A stretch of DNA of 56,911 bases, the filler included, from Sphacelaria rigidula (lineage: Eukaryota): assembly GCA_964200075.2 (NCBI GenBank). It is 7 parts of 7 records of this genome, joined end to end, with 100 filler letters (N's around TTAATTAATTAA, not from the genome) between each part and the next. Parts side by side here need not be neighbours in the genome. Positions count along the whole stretch, not along the records: positions 8,146 to 16,190 come from CAXNAA020012521.1; positions 16,291 to 24,335 come from CAXNAA020012522.1; positions 24,436 to 32,479 come from CAXNAA020012523.1; 4 more parts are not named here. One strand, written 5' to 3'. Both the position numbers and the translations under genes were made by a program. The stretch's first letter is position 1; each line of letters starts with the position of its first letter. Below the pieces are notes generated by a model. That model was given only the letters and a program-made list of their open reading frames with translations. It made no database searches and was not told where the DNA came from. Of this stretch, positions 13,190 through 24,505 are shown piece by piece.

Positions 13190-15460
13190 TCAGGGCGTGA
13201 CACGCCCCGTTTGTCTCTTCAGCCCACAGGCTGTCACCATTGTGATGCGCTCATCTGGGTACAGCTCAGACGCTTGGATTCCGGCCGCACGGCCTGCTGT
13301 TTCGATGATACCGAAAGCTCGCTTTGCAACACCGTTGAACTGGGGTGAGTCGGCAGTTGTCTTCTCCTGCTTGATATTTTCCCTGTCGCACAGTTTACCA
13401 AATGCACCCTCCGAAAATTCACCCCCGTCATCGCTACGGACTATCGCAATGTTTCTCGGAGAGACCCATGCAATGTATTTCGCGAAGTATCTCTCTGCCT
13501 CATCCTTCTCCCGGAGGAAATGCAGCTTTCTGTGCCGTGAGTGATCATCTCGGACTATCATCGTGTACGACTTTCTCCCGTAATACTTTACTGGTTTCAG
13601 CCCGGAAAGATCTACAAACACCCTAGACGCTGACTTAGCTGCTCTCGTGTGCGTCGATCTTGGAATCGGTGCCCGCAGTCCCTTCGCCTCTGAGCAGCCG
13701 CGGCAGAGCTGCAGCTCACCAGCCAGCTGTTTTCCCTGCTGCTTCGCCGTCTTCCTCAGTAAATCCTCGTGGACGTAAGCGTGCGAACAGTGGAATTCGT
13801 TGATGTCAGCAGTCTGGGGGCTAGGCGGAACCCCCGGGGCCATAACAGCATATGCCGAAGCACACTTGTCACGACCACTTTGATCGAGGCGGCGGGCGTA
13901 CATTCTGAGTTGACGTGGTTGTCCGGGTATTATCAGTGTTTTACCTGAATTGAGATCTACCCTGATACCTGTACGAAAACCAGTGCAGGTGTATCCCATG
14001 TGCTGGACCCTCGTGAGTGAGAAGAGGTGACGACGGACATCAGGTACATGGTCAACATCCACTAGTTTTTGGATTACATCCTGTCCGTCATATCTGAGGG
14101 CAAGAGACAAACTTTCTCTGCCTACGATCGGGTAAGTACTACCTCCCGCGCACCATAGTACCCTACCCTTGCACTCTCTGTACTCCGTCATCCCATCGGA
14201 ATCGTGGGAGAAATGCTGGGTAGCCCCCGTGTCAAATACCCACGGTTCGCCCTCACCCTGCTGACTATCATCCCCCCGCTCAACACTCAATGCATACTCG
14301 CCTGTGTCGCCGTTAATGGTGGTGTCGAGAGAGGTGAAAGCCTCCCCATCCGCCACCGAACAGACGGAGGGGCTGTCGCTGTCGTCGGCCGCGCCCATCG
14401 CCATCACCACATCTTCTTTCTTCGCTGTCGATCTCGGACAGTCCCAGAACGTGTGCCCCTGCTGACCGCACCTCCCGCAGTATCTCTTCGGGCAGTTCCT
14501 GGCTCGATGCGTCGTGTCCTCGTGGCAAACGTCGCAGCGGAGCAGCTGCCCAGTCGCTGGTTTGCCGTCCGACGATGCCGACCCAGAGCTACTTGAACTC
14601 TGGCTCCCGCCGTTTTGCTGGCCAGAGCCCTGGGATTTTCCCGGTTTCCCTTTTCGGTGTCCACCGCTCGGTTTTTCGGTCCCACCCCCGGCAAGGAGAG
14701 CCTGGTCGCCCGGGGATGACTCCTTTCCCCGGGCAAGTTCCTGCTTCAAAGATGTTGATTCGAAGCGCTTTCGGATCAAATTCAACACAACCTCCCGTGT
14801 CAGCGGTCCCTCTCGATCCTCCAGCAGTTGCTTCTGGATGTGATACTCGAAGGGCAACGCGTTGAGGAATTTCAAGAGAAAATGGTTTTCGCTGAGTCGT
14901 TCATGCTCCTCGTATGAGTTCAGGTTACGTGCAATTCCCTCCATCTCGAGCAGCTTCTGCTCTGGATCATCACAGACACCAATCGTGACTCCATCGAACT
15001 TTTCCAACAAAGCGGTTCTCGCCCCATTTGTTTTGGGGCGAAAGACATCCTCGAGTTTTCTCCAAACCGAAGCAGGTGAGTGGATTCTAAGCAAAATATC
15101 TTGCTCGCTCCTTCCTTCTAACCTAGCTACAAGCATTCGTCTGGCCCTCACGTTGGCTGCCACTGTGTCCTTCCCATGTCTACTCTCCAGATACCCCATT
15201 TCTATTTCAGGATTACCGATATCTACATCGTAAGAGCTATCGCCGGCCATGGTGAACACCCAGCCAATTCCTTCGTCCCTTGCGAAGTTGACCAGTTCAT
15301 GCCTGTACCGAGCATAATCAGCGCTCTTCCCTGAAACTTTTGGGACGTTCTGTCGAAAAACCGGAACCCCTGACACATGTCTACTTGTATCGTTTATTTG
15401 GATTGACTTACGTGCGGGGACAAAGCCCCTAGCTTTGTCACTGATGGCCTCGTTGTCCAT
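13190..15460 (-). pseudogene. Copia gag-protease-integrase portion of the polyprotein
   Basis: Zinc knuckles CDVCHEDTTHRARNC and CGRCGQQGHTFWDC; protease WVFDTGATQH; pre-integrase H..H..C..C; integrase core VFVDLSG, RSDDGGEF, PQFNGVAKR. Frameshifted downstream. A likely original ATG near 15795 is followed by an in-frame stop. Confidence 0.93.
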
Positions 15461-16111
15461 TGCGTCGTGCGCTCCGTCCTCTGGAACAGCTTGGCTCCCG
15501 ATGTACCGTCGCTCTCTTCGAACTCCAGCACCACGTCGCTCCGCTGTTCTATTTATGTTGAATTCCCCCTGTTGACTATGGGAACCTTCACTATCGAGGA
15601 CGCCGTTGTTTCTGCGCCCCCGGCCTCTCTTTCTGCCCTCATATTGTCCATGTTACTCTATAATGTAAGTTGGCTCAACTGCATATCACGCATGAGCTGA
15701 GCCAAGGAACTGATCTGACTACATACTTCCCGCAAATGCTCAGTAACACCCTGCTCACCGATTTCTGTTGCAGGCCTACCACCCTGTTCTGCCATTCTGC
15801 CCAACTGGTTGTAACACTAGTGTATTCCGTGGCCCGTGGCGAAGGATAGATAGTTTTATCTTCTGTATCATTGGAGAGTGCCTAGACTGAGTCGACCCTA
15901 TGATGGAGGGATAAGATGTTGAATGGGCCCAGGTGGTAGCGTGTTTGCCAGCCCGGGCGTGGTACTGTAGTCACACACACTCGACTATCAGTGCCCGAAC
16001 GTCCGCATTGTGCATGTTCACTCAATGTACCTGTTCACATGAACAGGATTGCACTGCCTGAATTTGTCACCGTGTTAGATTGTCGAGAACTCTTCGTTGT
16101 TTCAGACCCTG

Positions 16112-16190
16112 ACGGGTGGGGGGGGGCGTACTCATTTGTTGCTTGCCTTAGTCGTGTGACCATTGACCACGCATCCCTTTCGAGACGGAG
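16112..16190 (-). mobile_element. 3' end of C-tailed RTE-type LINE
   Basis: Minus frame SRKGCVVNGHTTKASNK* followed by GTACG and a C-run. Confidence 0.85.
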
Positions 16191-16332
16191 NNNNNNNNNN
16201 NNNNNNNNNNNNNNNNNNNNNNNNNNNNNNNNNNTTAATTAATTAANNNNNNNNNNNNNNNNNNNNNNNNNNNNNNNNNNNNNNNNNNNNAGATGTAAAG
16301 GCACCAAAGTGCCAGCAGCCGGCTTTTCCATT

Positions 16333-16480
16333 GGTGGCGCGTGCTCATTTGTTGCTTGCCTTAGTCGCTTGACCATTGACCACGCATCCCTTACGGGACG
16401 GAGCGCCGTTCCTACTCCGAATAGAGACACCTTCAACATTCCGGAGCTCATCACGTTTCTTCCGTACATTGCACAAAAAC
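16333..16480 (-). mobile_element. 5'-truncated RTE-type LINE (ORF C-terminus only)
   Basis: Minus frame FLCNVRKKRDELRNVEGVSIRSRNGAPSRKGCVVNGQATKASNK*. The 5' junction abuts CCCCTCCCCC. Confidence 0.8.
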
Positions 16481-17436
16481 GGGGGAGGGGGAACGGAAGA
16501 AAGAACAAGAAACTACAAGAAAATATGAGACAAACACTAGAAAGGAAGGGAAAAGAAAATATAAGAAACGATATCATACCATAGTGCGATAATTTACATG
16601 CCCACTGAAGAACTGATACCTTGAAAAGGGATAATTCCCACCAGAGCCCGTAGGGAAATATTGCCTCATGAATGCCCTTTTTGCTGCATCCTACTAAGAA
16701 TGATGAGCCCAAAGCGTGCTAGTTATCTTGCATATATATATATATATATATATATGGATGGCAGCCTCGAACGAGTTGCTTCATTTCCTGGTCTCGTCAC
16801 TTCAGGCGGGCCACGGGTTGCACTGCTTCATGGTGGGCGGATCGGTAGAATAATACTGTGCTGTCTGGGATGAACAGTACGGGGGGGCGTTCAGGGCACC
16901 TGAAGTGTGAGACGAAACATCGGTCTTGTAGCTGATTGGATGATGCACGGATTGATAGATCGATTGAAATGTCGCCCTTTATGATAATCTACTGCACGCA
17001 GACATCACAACCGGCCAGGCTCTCACCGATTATGCTTGAATAATTTCGAGCACAATTCCACCTTGGTAGCATATGAAGCATTTGCGCGTTTCGACGAGGA
17101 GCATAAATAACACAGCGTTCCAGCGATTAGCATGAAACCATAATCACACTCAAGGAGCTGGCACGCTCGCCTGCATGCCGGCCTGCTGCCCTGTGTTGGC
17201 CGAAAAACTGCTACTATGATAGACCGCGGGTCTGAAATACGGGCCGACGTGAGCACAACACACACCACACACGATCTATGTTGTTGGGTGTAGGATGTGG
17301 GCGGTAGGCCCACGTCTTTGTAATTGTGCTTTTGCCTTCCTCTCATGTTCTGTTAGCATTTTGTTTATTGTTCTTGTGCTTTCTATTTTGTCAGTTTGTT
17401 GTTCCTGTCTACTGAAGTCAACCCTCCCCCACCCCC

Positions 17437-17497
17437 AGTGCGAGGTCAATGGTCTTATGACTATATGATCATGAGTACACCCCCCCCCCCCACCCCC
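17437..17497 (+). mobile_element. Very short LINE-tail insertion with a C-rich target-site duplication
   Basis: GCGAGGTCAATGGTCTTATGACTAT..ATCATGAGTACA followed by a C-run. CCCCCACCCCC occurs at both 17426-17436 and 17487-17497. Confidence 0.75.
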
Positions 17498-18074
17498 GTG
17501 TTCTCTCTTATCCCTATTGTGCACGTGTTTCAGTTTTTTACTTTGTTTCTTGGGTTATGTCGCCGTGCTCATCTTTCTACCCCAGCTGGATTGGTAGCGG
17601 ATCAGTTTGTGTGAGACCACAAATCCGTCAATCCTCTATCGCTTTTCGTTTCTCGTTGTCTTTAGACATGCACGAGTTCCTCGACACAGGGTGATTGCAC
17701 GCTAGGTGTGCACATTTTCTTCCCGGGACCCTTCGCTATAGGAGCCCCTCGATGACAAATAGATGGGCCTTTGTGTGCAGCGTCAGAAAGCTTTTGAACT
17801 AAAACGTGCGTCCCTACCGCGGAATCACTCGACATGGGACATGCGAAGAGTGAACAAGCCATACCATTTCTTAAGTTGTCATTTCAAGCGTGGCTACGAG
17901 ACACGTCTGCATTAGACTCTGCATTACGATGCGTAAACACACACAAAGATTTTGTACACCAGGTGATGATGGATATAATATAATCCGTCGTTTGCCTGCC
18001 ATATGCTATGTCTATACGGCAGTCACCAATGCGTTATCTTCGAAAATAAGGTTGAACATGAAAACGAGTTTCAA

Positions 18075-18406
18075 CTAACTCCAAAACAGTTATTTCCCCG
18101 ACCTAGAACTATTGACGTTCATATGGACGACATCATGCCCCCTGACCTCCCTGAAACTATTTTCGAGGGTTTACCGTCTTACTTCCCCAGAGGATTCGTA
18201 CGAAAGCACTTCTTGCCTCGATTTCGGGGTGAAAAGAGAAACGATTTAAGGCCGAAAATGTTGCTTCCGCACATACCCTTTGGGGAAGCGGAAGACGAGA
18301 AACCTCCCAAACATAGTTTCAGGGAGGTCGGGGGGCATGAGGTCGTCCGTATGTAAGTCATTTGGCATTACTTTAGGCCAGAGAAAGCAGTAGTATTTTG
18401 GAGTTG
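18075..18406. mobile_element. Foldback MITE
   Basis: Outer TIR AACTCCAAAA...TTTTGGAGTT. Inner arms CATGCCCCCTGACCTCCCTGAAACTAT / ATAGTTTCAGGGAGGTCGGGGGGCATG. Confidence 0.7.
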
Positions 18407-18411
18407 AATGT

Positions 18412-18796
18412 CATCATTATTGTGTGTTGTCGACCCATCTGTTCTGGACGCCAGTCTGCACCATTCGTTACATATATGTGGGCACACCAGCCACCAGCCG
18501 GGGTCACACAGGAGGCCGGCCGACACAAGAGTTTGGTTTACATTTTTCTTTTTTGTTCGTTTGAGTTCTCCACCTTCCTTCTGCGATGTTTGCCTTTTAT
18601 TTTCATCGCGAGAGGTGTTCAGCACTCCCTTTCCCTCGTCGATCGTCGGGCCGAGCCTAGGGTACTCACGACACGGTCGCTCGATCTCCACTGTTGGACA
18701 TTGTGTGAGGAAAACTTCCAGATCACTCCGAGACTCGAACCCACGATCCAACCGTCAGAACGTTTCGAGGTTACCAACTGAGCCACCGGGGCAACC
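18412..18796 (-). mobile_element. tRNA-derived SINE
   Basis: 5' head with Pol III A box TGGCTCAGTTGG and B box GGTTCGAGTC. Homologous copies at 23222-23576 (-), 29315-29450 (+, head only), 48700-48767 (-, tail) and about 3060-3135 (-, tail). Confidence 0.85.
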
Positions 18797-19542
18797 AAGC
18801 TTGTATCGAACATAAGTTTTGAAGATATTTCTGAAGTAGTGAGAGGCCGGCGTATAACACACGATGCAATACATCAAATCGGTGCGTGTTATCACATGTA
18901 CAATAGTGAGGCACGTTCTCTCTTACGGAAATACACACGGGTGACGCGTTCCCTTATTCATGACACGTCAGTGTACAATAACGCCTCATGCTGCCTATAT
19001 CGCGAATAACCATGTGTCCTTACATTAGTATTCCGATTATTCGCCGAATGCACCGGCTTCAACAATACCTGCAATAGGCCGTATATACCCTATCCCGAGC
19101 CGAGGTGCAAGCCCCTGAATACAGGTTATACTTCTGCGGAACAAGTGGTGCGGGCAAAATCGATCAGCCCCCCTGCTCGTTAAACGTATAATCCTTGAGC
19201 GTAAGTACATTCGATCAGCCCCCTTACTTGCGGTCCAAGGACTGATAATTATCCCGAGTACATAACGCCTCATTCTGAATATGAGGAAATATTCCGGCTC
19301 GCCAAACATGAATCCAACACTACATTATTAATACCAAGAACTGAGAAAGAAAAATGATCCCATCAGGAAAACATTCCAACCACGCACAGACGTCGCAAAC
19401 TCGCCAACTTGACCCTTAGACCGCGAGGGTAGGTCATCGGCTGAATCGAAATCAATATTCACTTGGAAAAAGAACACGTGATGCAGATCGACAACCCGCA
19501 CCGCGGTCCAAGGGTTGAGCAATTGAAAGCCCAAACCCTGAA

Positions 19543-19937
19543 TATATTCCACACTTTGGATAATAGACGGAATCTATTGCGATAGCAATAGAATCTTCTG
19601 CAGTAGATGCCAGTATTGTCGTCCGTAATGGCTAATTATCGGCAAGTTCCTCTTTCCCTTGTCGTTGGCAATGTCTATCGATATACCAGTTTCCCACACT
19701 CTTGTCTGGGCAGCAGTCTGCTGTGACCCTACACCAAAATCTATTGCGGCCGACCAAATACATCGATCGATAGCTTTCCAAATCCATTGATGACGGCAAT
19801 GACTATCGATAGACCGTGTGCCAAATCTATTGGTAAGGACGATGGCTATCGACAGATTGTATACGAAATCTATTGATGACGGTAATACTGTAGCTATTGA
19901 TAGATTGCATTTAAATCTACGCATGGCGGCAATGAAT

Positions 19938-19977
<40 letters not shown>

Positions 19978-22900
19978 ATCTACTGTGGGATAAAATGCCC
20001 ACCGATAGGTTTTCTCTGTCATCTATGGCCGCACCTACATCGCAACATACTACGTATAGAGCATACTATACTCCGTTAATGTACGGTAGAGAAGCCGCAG
20101 GTGGATATACAGTGGGTATATAATGATACTACTTGTGAATATATCACACTCTGGACAATGGACACAATGATAGTCCATTGCTTCGGCGATGGACACGGGG
20201 GAAAATCTATCGATATGTATTATCGAACACGATAGATGGTGAATGTACATATGTTGATATGTATTGCAAGGGCCAATAGATGTTGCAGTAGTCAATCGAT
20301 AGCCTATGGCAATTACAATGTGTAAACATCACTCACCATCGATAGACATCGTGTACCGCAACAGATTCTGGAATGTACTTATCGATAGCCGTTGTCGTAA
20401 CCAATAGGTTCGGTGAGCCATCCATCGATAGTCATTGCCGTCATCAATAGATTGGTGAGTCGCCTATCGGTAGCCTCTGCCGCCAGCAATGTATTTTTTG
20501 GTATCTACCAATATGGGCATTACCGTCAGCAATCGGTTGTTCTCGGGAGCACCTATTGACAGCCAGCGACGCCAACGATTGGATTTGAAAATAGGTTGCT
20601 CACTGCAGTGGTCTTATGAAATCAACGGTCCGAGGCGATAGCTGGCCATAGCTTCTGAGGAATAAGGTGGAAACATACATTGAAATATGTACATACATAG
20701 CGCTAGTGATCGACACCATTCAGCTACTTTTATGGTCAGCAACAGATATAAGTGGCCGCGATTCAGATTCTATTGTGACCCTCGATAAACATTGGTGGGT
20801 GCAATTTAGATCCCATTGTGACCAACAACATGGATTGATGGCCGCGTGACAGATCCTATTATGACTAGCAATATACATTGGTGGCCGCAATTCAGAGCCT
20901 ATTGCAACAAATGAAATGTATCGACAGACAACTTGGCCCCTCTACTGTCACGACAATGATACATTCCGTCCCTTGTTCCGAACCTATTGTCGCCTACAAC
21001 AGCTATCGATAGACATTGACGCCAGTCGATTATGACTGGCAATGAACATTGAGGGTAAAATGTTCGGGGCTATTGCAGCGTCAATGATCTGTTACATGGT
21101 CTATTGTCCAGGGTATAGCACATCTCACTCACACACAAAAGTACTACAAGCGCTCATGTCCATCAGAGGGACAACCATAAGTACCAACACCATACCAATA
21201 ACAAAACTTGTAAACTGTGTCCACACATATTGCGGATTCCTACAAAATACGAGCGTCCAAAATTGTAGAAACGTGATGTCATATATCCACAAGTAGATCA
21301 TGATATACCCACTGCATGTCCACCTGCGGCTTCTCTATCGTACCTTAACGGAGTATAATATGCTCTATACGTAGTATGTTGCGATGTAGATGTGGCAAAA
21401 GACGACAGAGAAAAAATATCGGTAGGCATTGTATACAACAGTAGATTCTGGTATGTATTTACCGATAATTATTGCCGTAATGCGTAGATTTATACGCGAT
21501 CTATCAATATCTGCTGCCGTAATGAGTAGATTTGGTTAACAATCTGTCAATAGCCATCGTCGTCATCAATAGCTTCGGCGCGCGGTCTATCGATAGCCGT
21601 TGCCGTCACCAATAGATTTGGAAAGCTAGTTATCGATGCGTTTGGTCGGCCGCAATGGATTTTGGTGTACGGCCACACCAGACTGCTGCCCGGACAAGAG
21701 TGTGGGAAACTGGTATATCGATAGACATTGCCGACGACGATAGAAAGAGAAACTTGCCGATCGATGGTCATTACGAACGACAATACTGGCATCTACTGCA
21801 GCAGATTCTATTGCTATCGCAATAGATGCCGTATATTGCCCAGGGTGTGGAATGTATGACATCACGTTTCTACAATTTTGGACGCTCGTATTTGGAGGCA
21901 TCGGCAATGTGTATGTGGACAACAGTTTACAATTTTTTTGTTGGTGTGTTGTTGGTGCTTATGGTTGTCCCTCTGATGGACACGAGCGCTTCCAGTACTC
22001 TTGTGTGTGAGTGAGATGTGCCATACCCTGAACAATAGACCATGTAACAGATCATTGACGCTGCAATAGCTCCGAACATTTTACCCTCAATGTTCATTGT
22101 CAGTCATAATTGACTGGCGTCAATGTCTATCGATAGCTGTTGTAGGCGACAATAGGTTCGGAACAAGGGACAGAATGTATCATTGCCGTGACAATGGAGG
22201 AGCCAAGTTGTCTATCGATACATTTCATTTGTTGCAATAGGCTCTGAATTGCGGCCACCAATGTCTATTGGTAATTACAATAGGATCTGTCACGCGGCCA
22301 CCAATCCATTTTGTTGGTCACAATGGGATCTAAATTGCGCCCACCAATGTTTATCGAGGGTCACAATGTAATCTGAATCGCGGCCATAAATATCTATTGC
22401 TGACCACACAAGAAGCTGAACGGCGTCGAACACTAGCGCCGTGTATGTAGATATTTCAACGTATGTTTCCACCTTATTCCACAGAAGTTATGGCCAGCTA
22501 TCGCCCCAGGTCGTCGCGTGTTCATGTGCAAGGGGTATTGCCGTGATGTCATAAGTCCAGTTTTTTTTGTTTTACTCACACTTTGAACCCCTCCCGTTCC
22601 TCGGGATGAGTCCGTTGTCTCAAGGGATCATTCCATCTCTCCCTCGGTACGTGATGCCATAAGACCACTGCAGTGAGCTATCTATTTTTCAAAGCCTATC
22701 GTTGGCGCCGCTGGCTATCGATAGGTGCTCCCGAGAACAATCGGTTGTTGACGGCAATGCCCATATTAGCAGATAACTAACAATCAATACATTGTTGGCG
22801 GCAGAGGCTACCGATAGACGGCTCATCAATCTATTGATGACGGTAATAGGTATTGATGGATGGCTCACCAATCTATTGATGACGGCTATGACTATCGATA

Positions 22901-23140
22901 AGTACATTCCAGAATCTGTTGCTGAACACGATGTCCATCGATAGTGAATGATGTTTATCTATTGTAATTGCCATAGGCTATCGATTGACTACTGCAACAT
23001 CTATTGGCCCTTACAATACATATCAACATGTGTGTTTCACAATCAATCGTGTTCGATAATACATATCGATAGATTTTCCCCCGTGTCCATTGCCGAAGCA
23101 ATAGACTATCATTGTGTCCATTGCCCAGAGTGTGATATAT
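19543..23140. repeat. Interleaved inverted duplication A-BC-A'-C'B'
   Basis: 19543-20144 is the reverse complement of 21281-21856. 20139-21290 is the reverse complement of 21847-23140, which carries an insertion of about 135 bp at 22519-22650. Confidence 0.92.
22519..22650 (+). mobile_element. Short interspersed repeat fragment inserted in the C'B' arm
   Basis: CTCACACTTTGAACCCCTCCC.TTCCTCGGGATGAG also occurs reverse-complemented at about 40810-40895. It is absent from the BC arm. Confidence 0.75.
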
Positions 23141-23221
23141 TTAGTTCTTTGTAATTTATCCAAGCTTTGTTTCAATAACCATTTGCGTCAGTCAGTACAC
23201 CACAAGAAACGCTCAATGCAT

Positions 23222-23576
23222 GCGTGTGTTGTCGTCCCATCTATTCTGGACGCCGGTCTACACCTTTCGGTATATGTGGGAGCACCAGCGGGGGTCACAC
23301 AGGAGGAAGATCAACACGGGAGATTTTTCTCCTTTATTTGTTTTTAATACCCCACCTTCCTTCTGCGGTGCTTGCATTTTTTTTTTTCTTTCGCGAGAGG
23401 GGTTCAGCAGTCCCTTTCCCTCGTCGACCGTCAGGTCGATTTTTGTGTACCCACGACATAGTCGCCCTCGACTGTTGGGCATGGTGTGAGAAAAATCCCA
23501 GATCGCTCCGAGAGTTGCACCCGCGACATAACCGTCAGAAGGTTTCGAGGTTACCAACTGAGCCACTGGGGCGACC
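23222..23576 (-). mobile_element. tRNA-derived SINE, second full copy
   Basis: Colinear with 18412-18796 along its whole length. A box intact, B box decayed. Confidence 0.85.
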
Positions 23577-24271
23577 GTGTCCGAATATCAATCTCAATCA
23601 TTTACCAGTCCCCAATCTTCCCCTGGAACAACGAAAAATCACAGATGAATGGACAGTAGACACTCTTTTCATACTCCTCAATCCCCATGATGATATTCGA
23701 GAAACACACTAAATCTTCCAATTCTCGAATCTATCAAAAACATGCCGTTCACACAATAGCCAGACGCTGTTGTTTAAGTGGAATTCGATTTTACATACCG
23801 TCTGCAGCACGGTCTACACCAGGCAGGTCGATATCAGGCGGGCTGATGATGATGTTTTGGAGATGGATGTGTCCTGGTTTCATATAGGATGCAGGGAGGA
23901 CATTGCAAGCAGGCAAGTATCTGCTCTCGATCGAACACAGATATCGACCGTTTATCAAGTGCCTACGATAGTTTATATACTTAACATCAGTGAACACTTG
24001 CAAGCTTGATCTCTTCATGTCATACCACGAAAATCATATCTTCGAAATCTCGTTCATTTCACATTTCACAGACCCTAGAATACCCAGAGAAAAACATCTC
24101 CCAGTATACCCTCGTTCATTCCACAACGACTTGTACGGACAGTGGGTCCTAAAATGGGGTTCATCCAAAAAATGAGGTTGAGTGGCATTCCTCTTTATTT
24201 TTGCAGGGAGGACGCGAAACACTCACGACCGAGCGAAGCCATCTTCCTCCCCCAAATGTCCGCAATGTCCG

Positions 24272-24335
24272 AGTAGTCGTTAATCTTTTCAAAAAAGGAG
24301 ACAAGGCTGACCCAGGAAACTATAGAGGAATAACG
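24272..24335 (+). mobile_element. LINE reverse transcriptase fragment cut by the contig end
   Basis: VVVNLFKKGDKADPGNYRGIT, the KKGD....NYR(P/G)I motif at the start of non-LTR RT domains. Confidence 0.85.
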
Positions 24336-24435
24336 NNNNNNNNNNNNNNNNNNNNNNNNNNNNNNNNNNNNNNNNNNNNTTAATTAATTAANNNNNNNNN
24401 NNNNNNNNNNNNNNNNNNNNNNNNNNNNNNNNNNN

Positions 24436-24505
24436 GTCCCGGCTTTGTAGGGATGCAAGGTCAATGGTCTTATGACTATGGCATGCATGATCATGAGCAC
24501 ACCCA
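24436..24505 (+). mobile_element. 3' end of C-tailed LINE-related element
   Basis: GTAGGGATGCAAGGTCAATGGTCTTATGACTATGGCATGCATGATCATGAGCACACCC. Confidence 0.75.

Larger units (their letters stand above)
9907..16045 (-). mobile_element. Full-length Ty1/copia LTR retrotransposon (degenerate)
   Basis: LTRs at 15821-16045 (5') and 9907-10146 (3'), both TG...CA, differing by roughly 20 substitutions and one 15-bp indel by eye. GGAT flanks both ends. Polypurine tract AGAGAGGG (minus) at 10147-10154. Domain order gag-PR-IN-RT-RH. Confidence 0.96.

Noticed and set aside
18720-18796. tRNA gene
   Set aside because: A and B boxes are present, but the cloverleaf is imperfect and it is fused to a repeated body, so it is a SINE head.
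24272-24505. One LINE spanning the gap from the RT fragment to the C-tail
   Set aside because: The two parts are on unrelated contigs. They may be related families, but physical linkage cannot be claimed.
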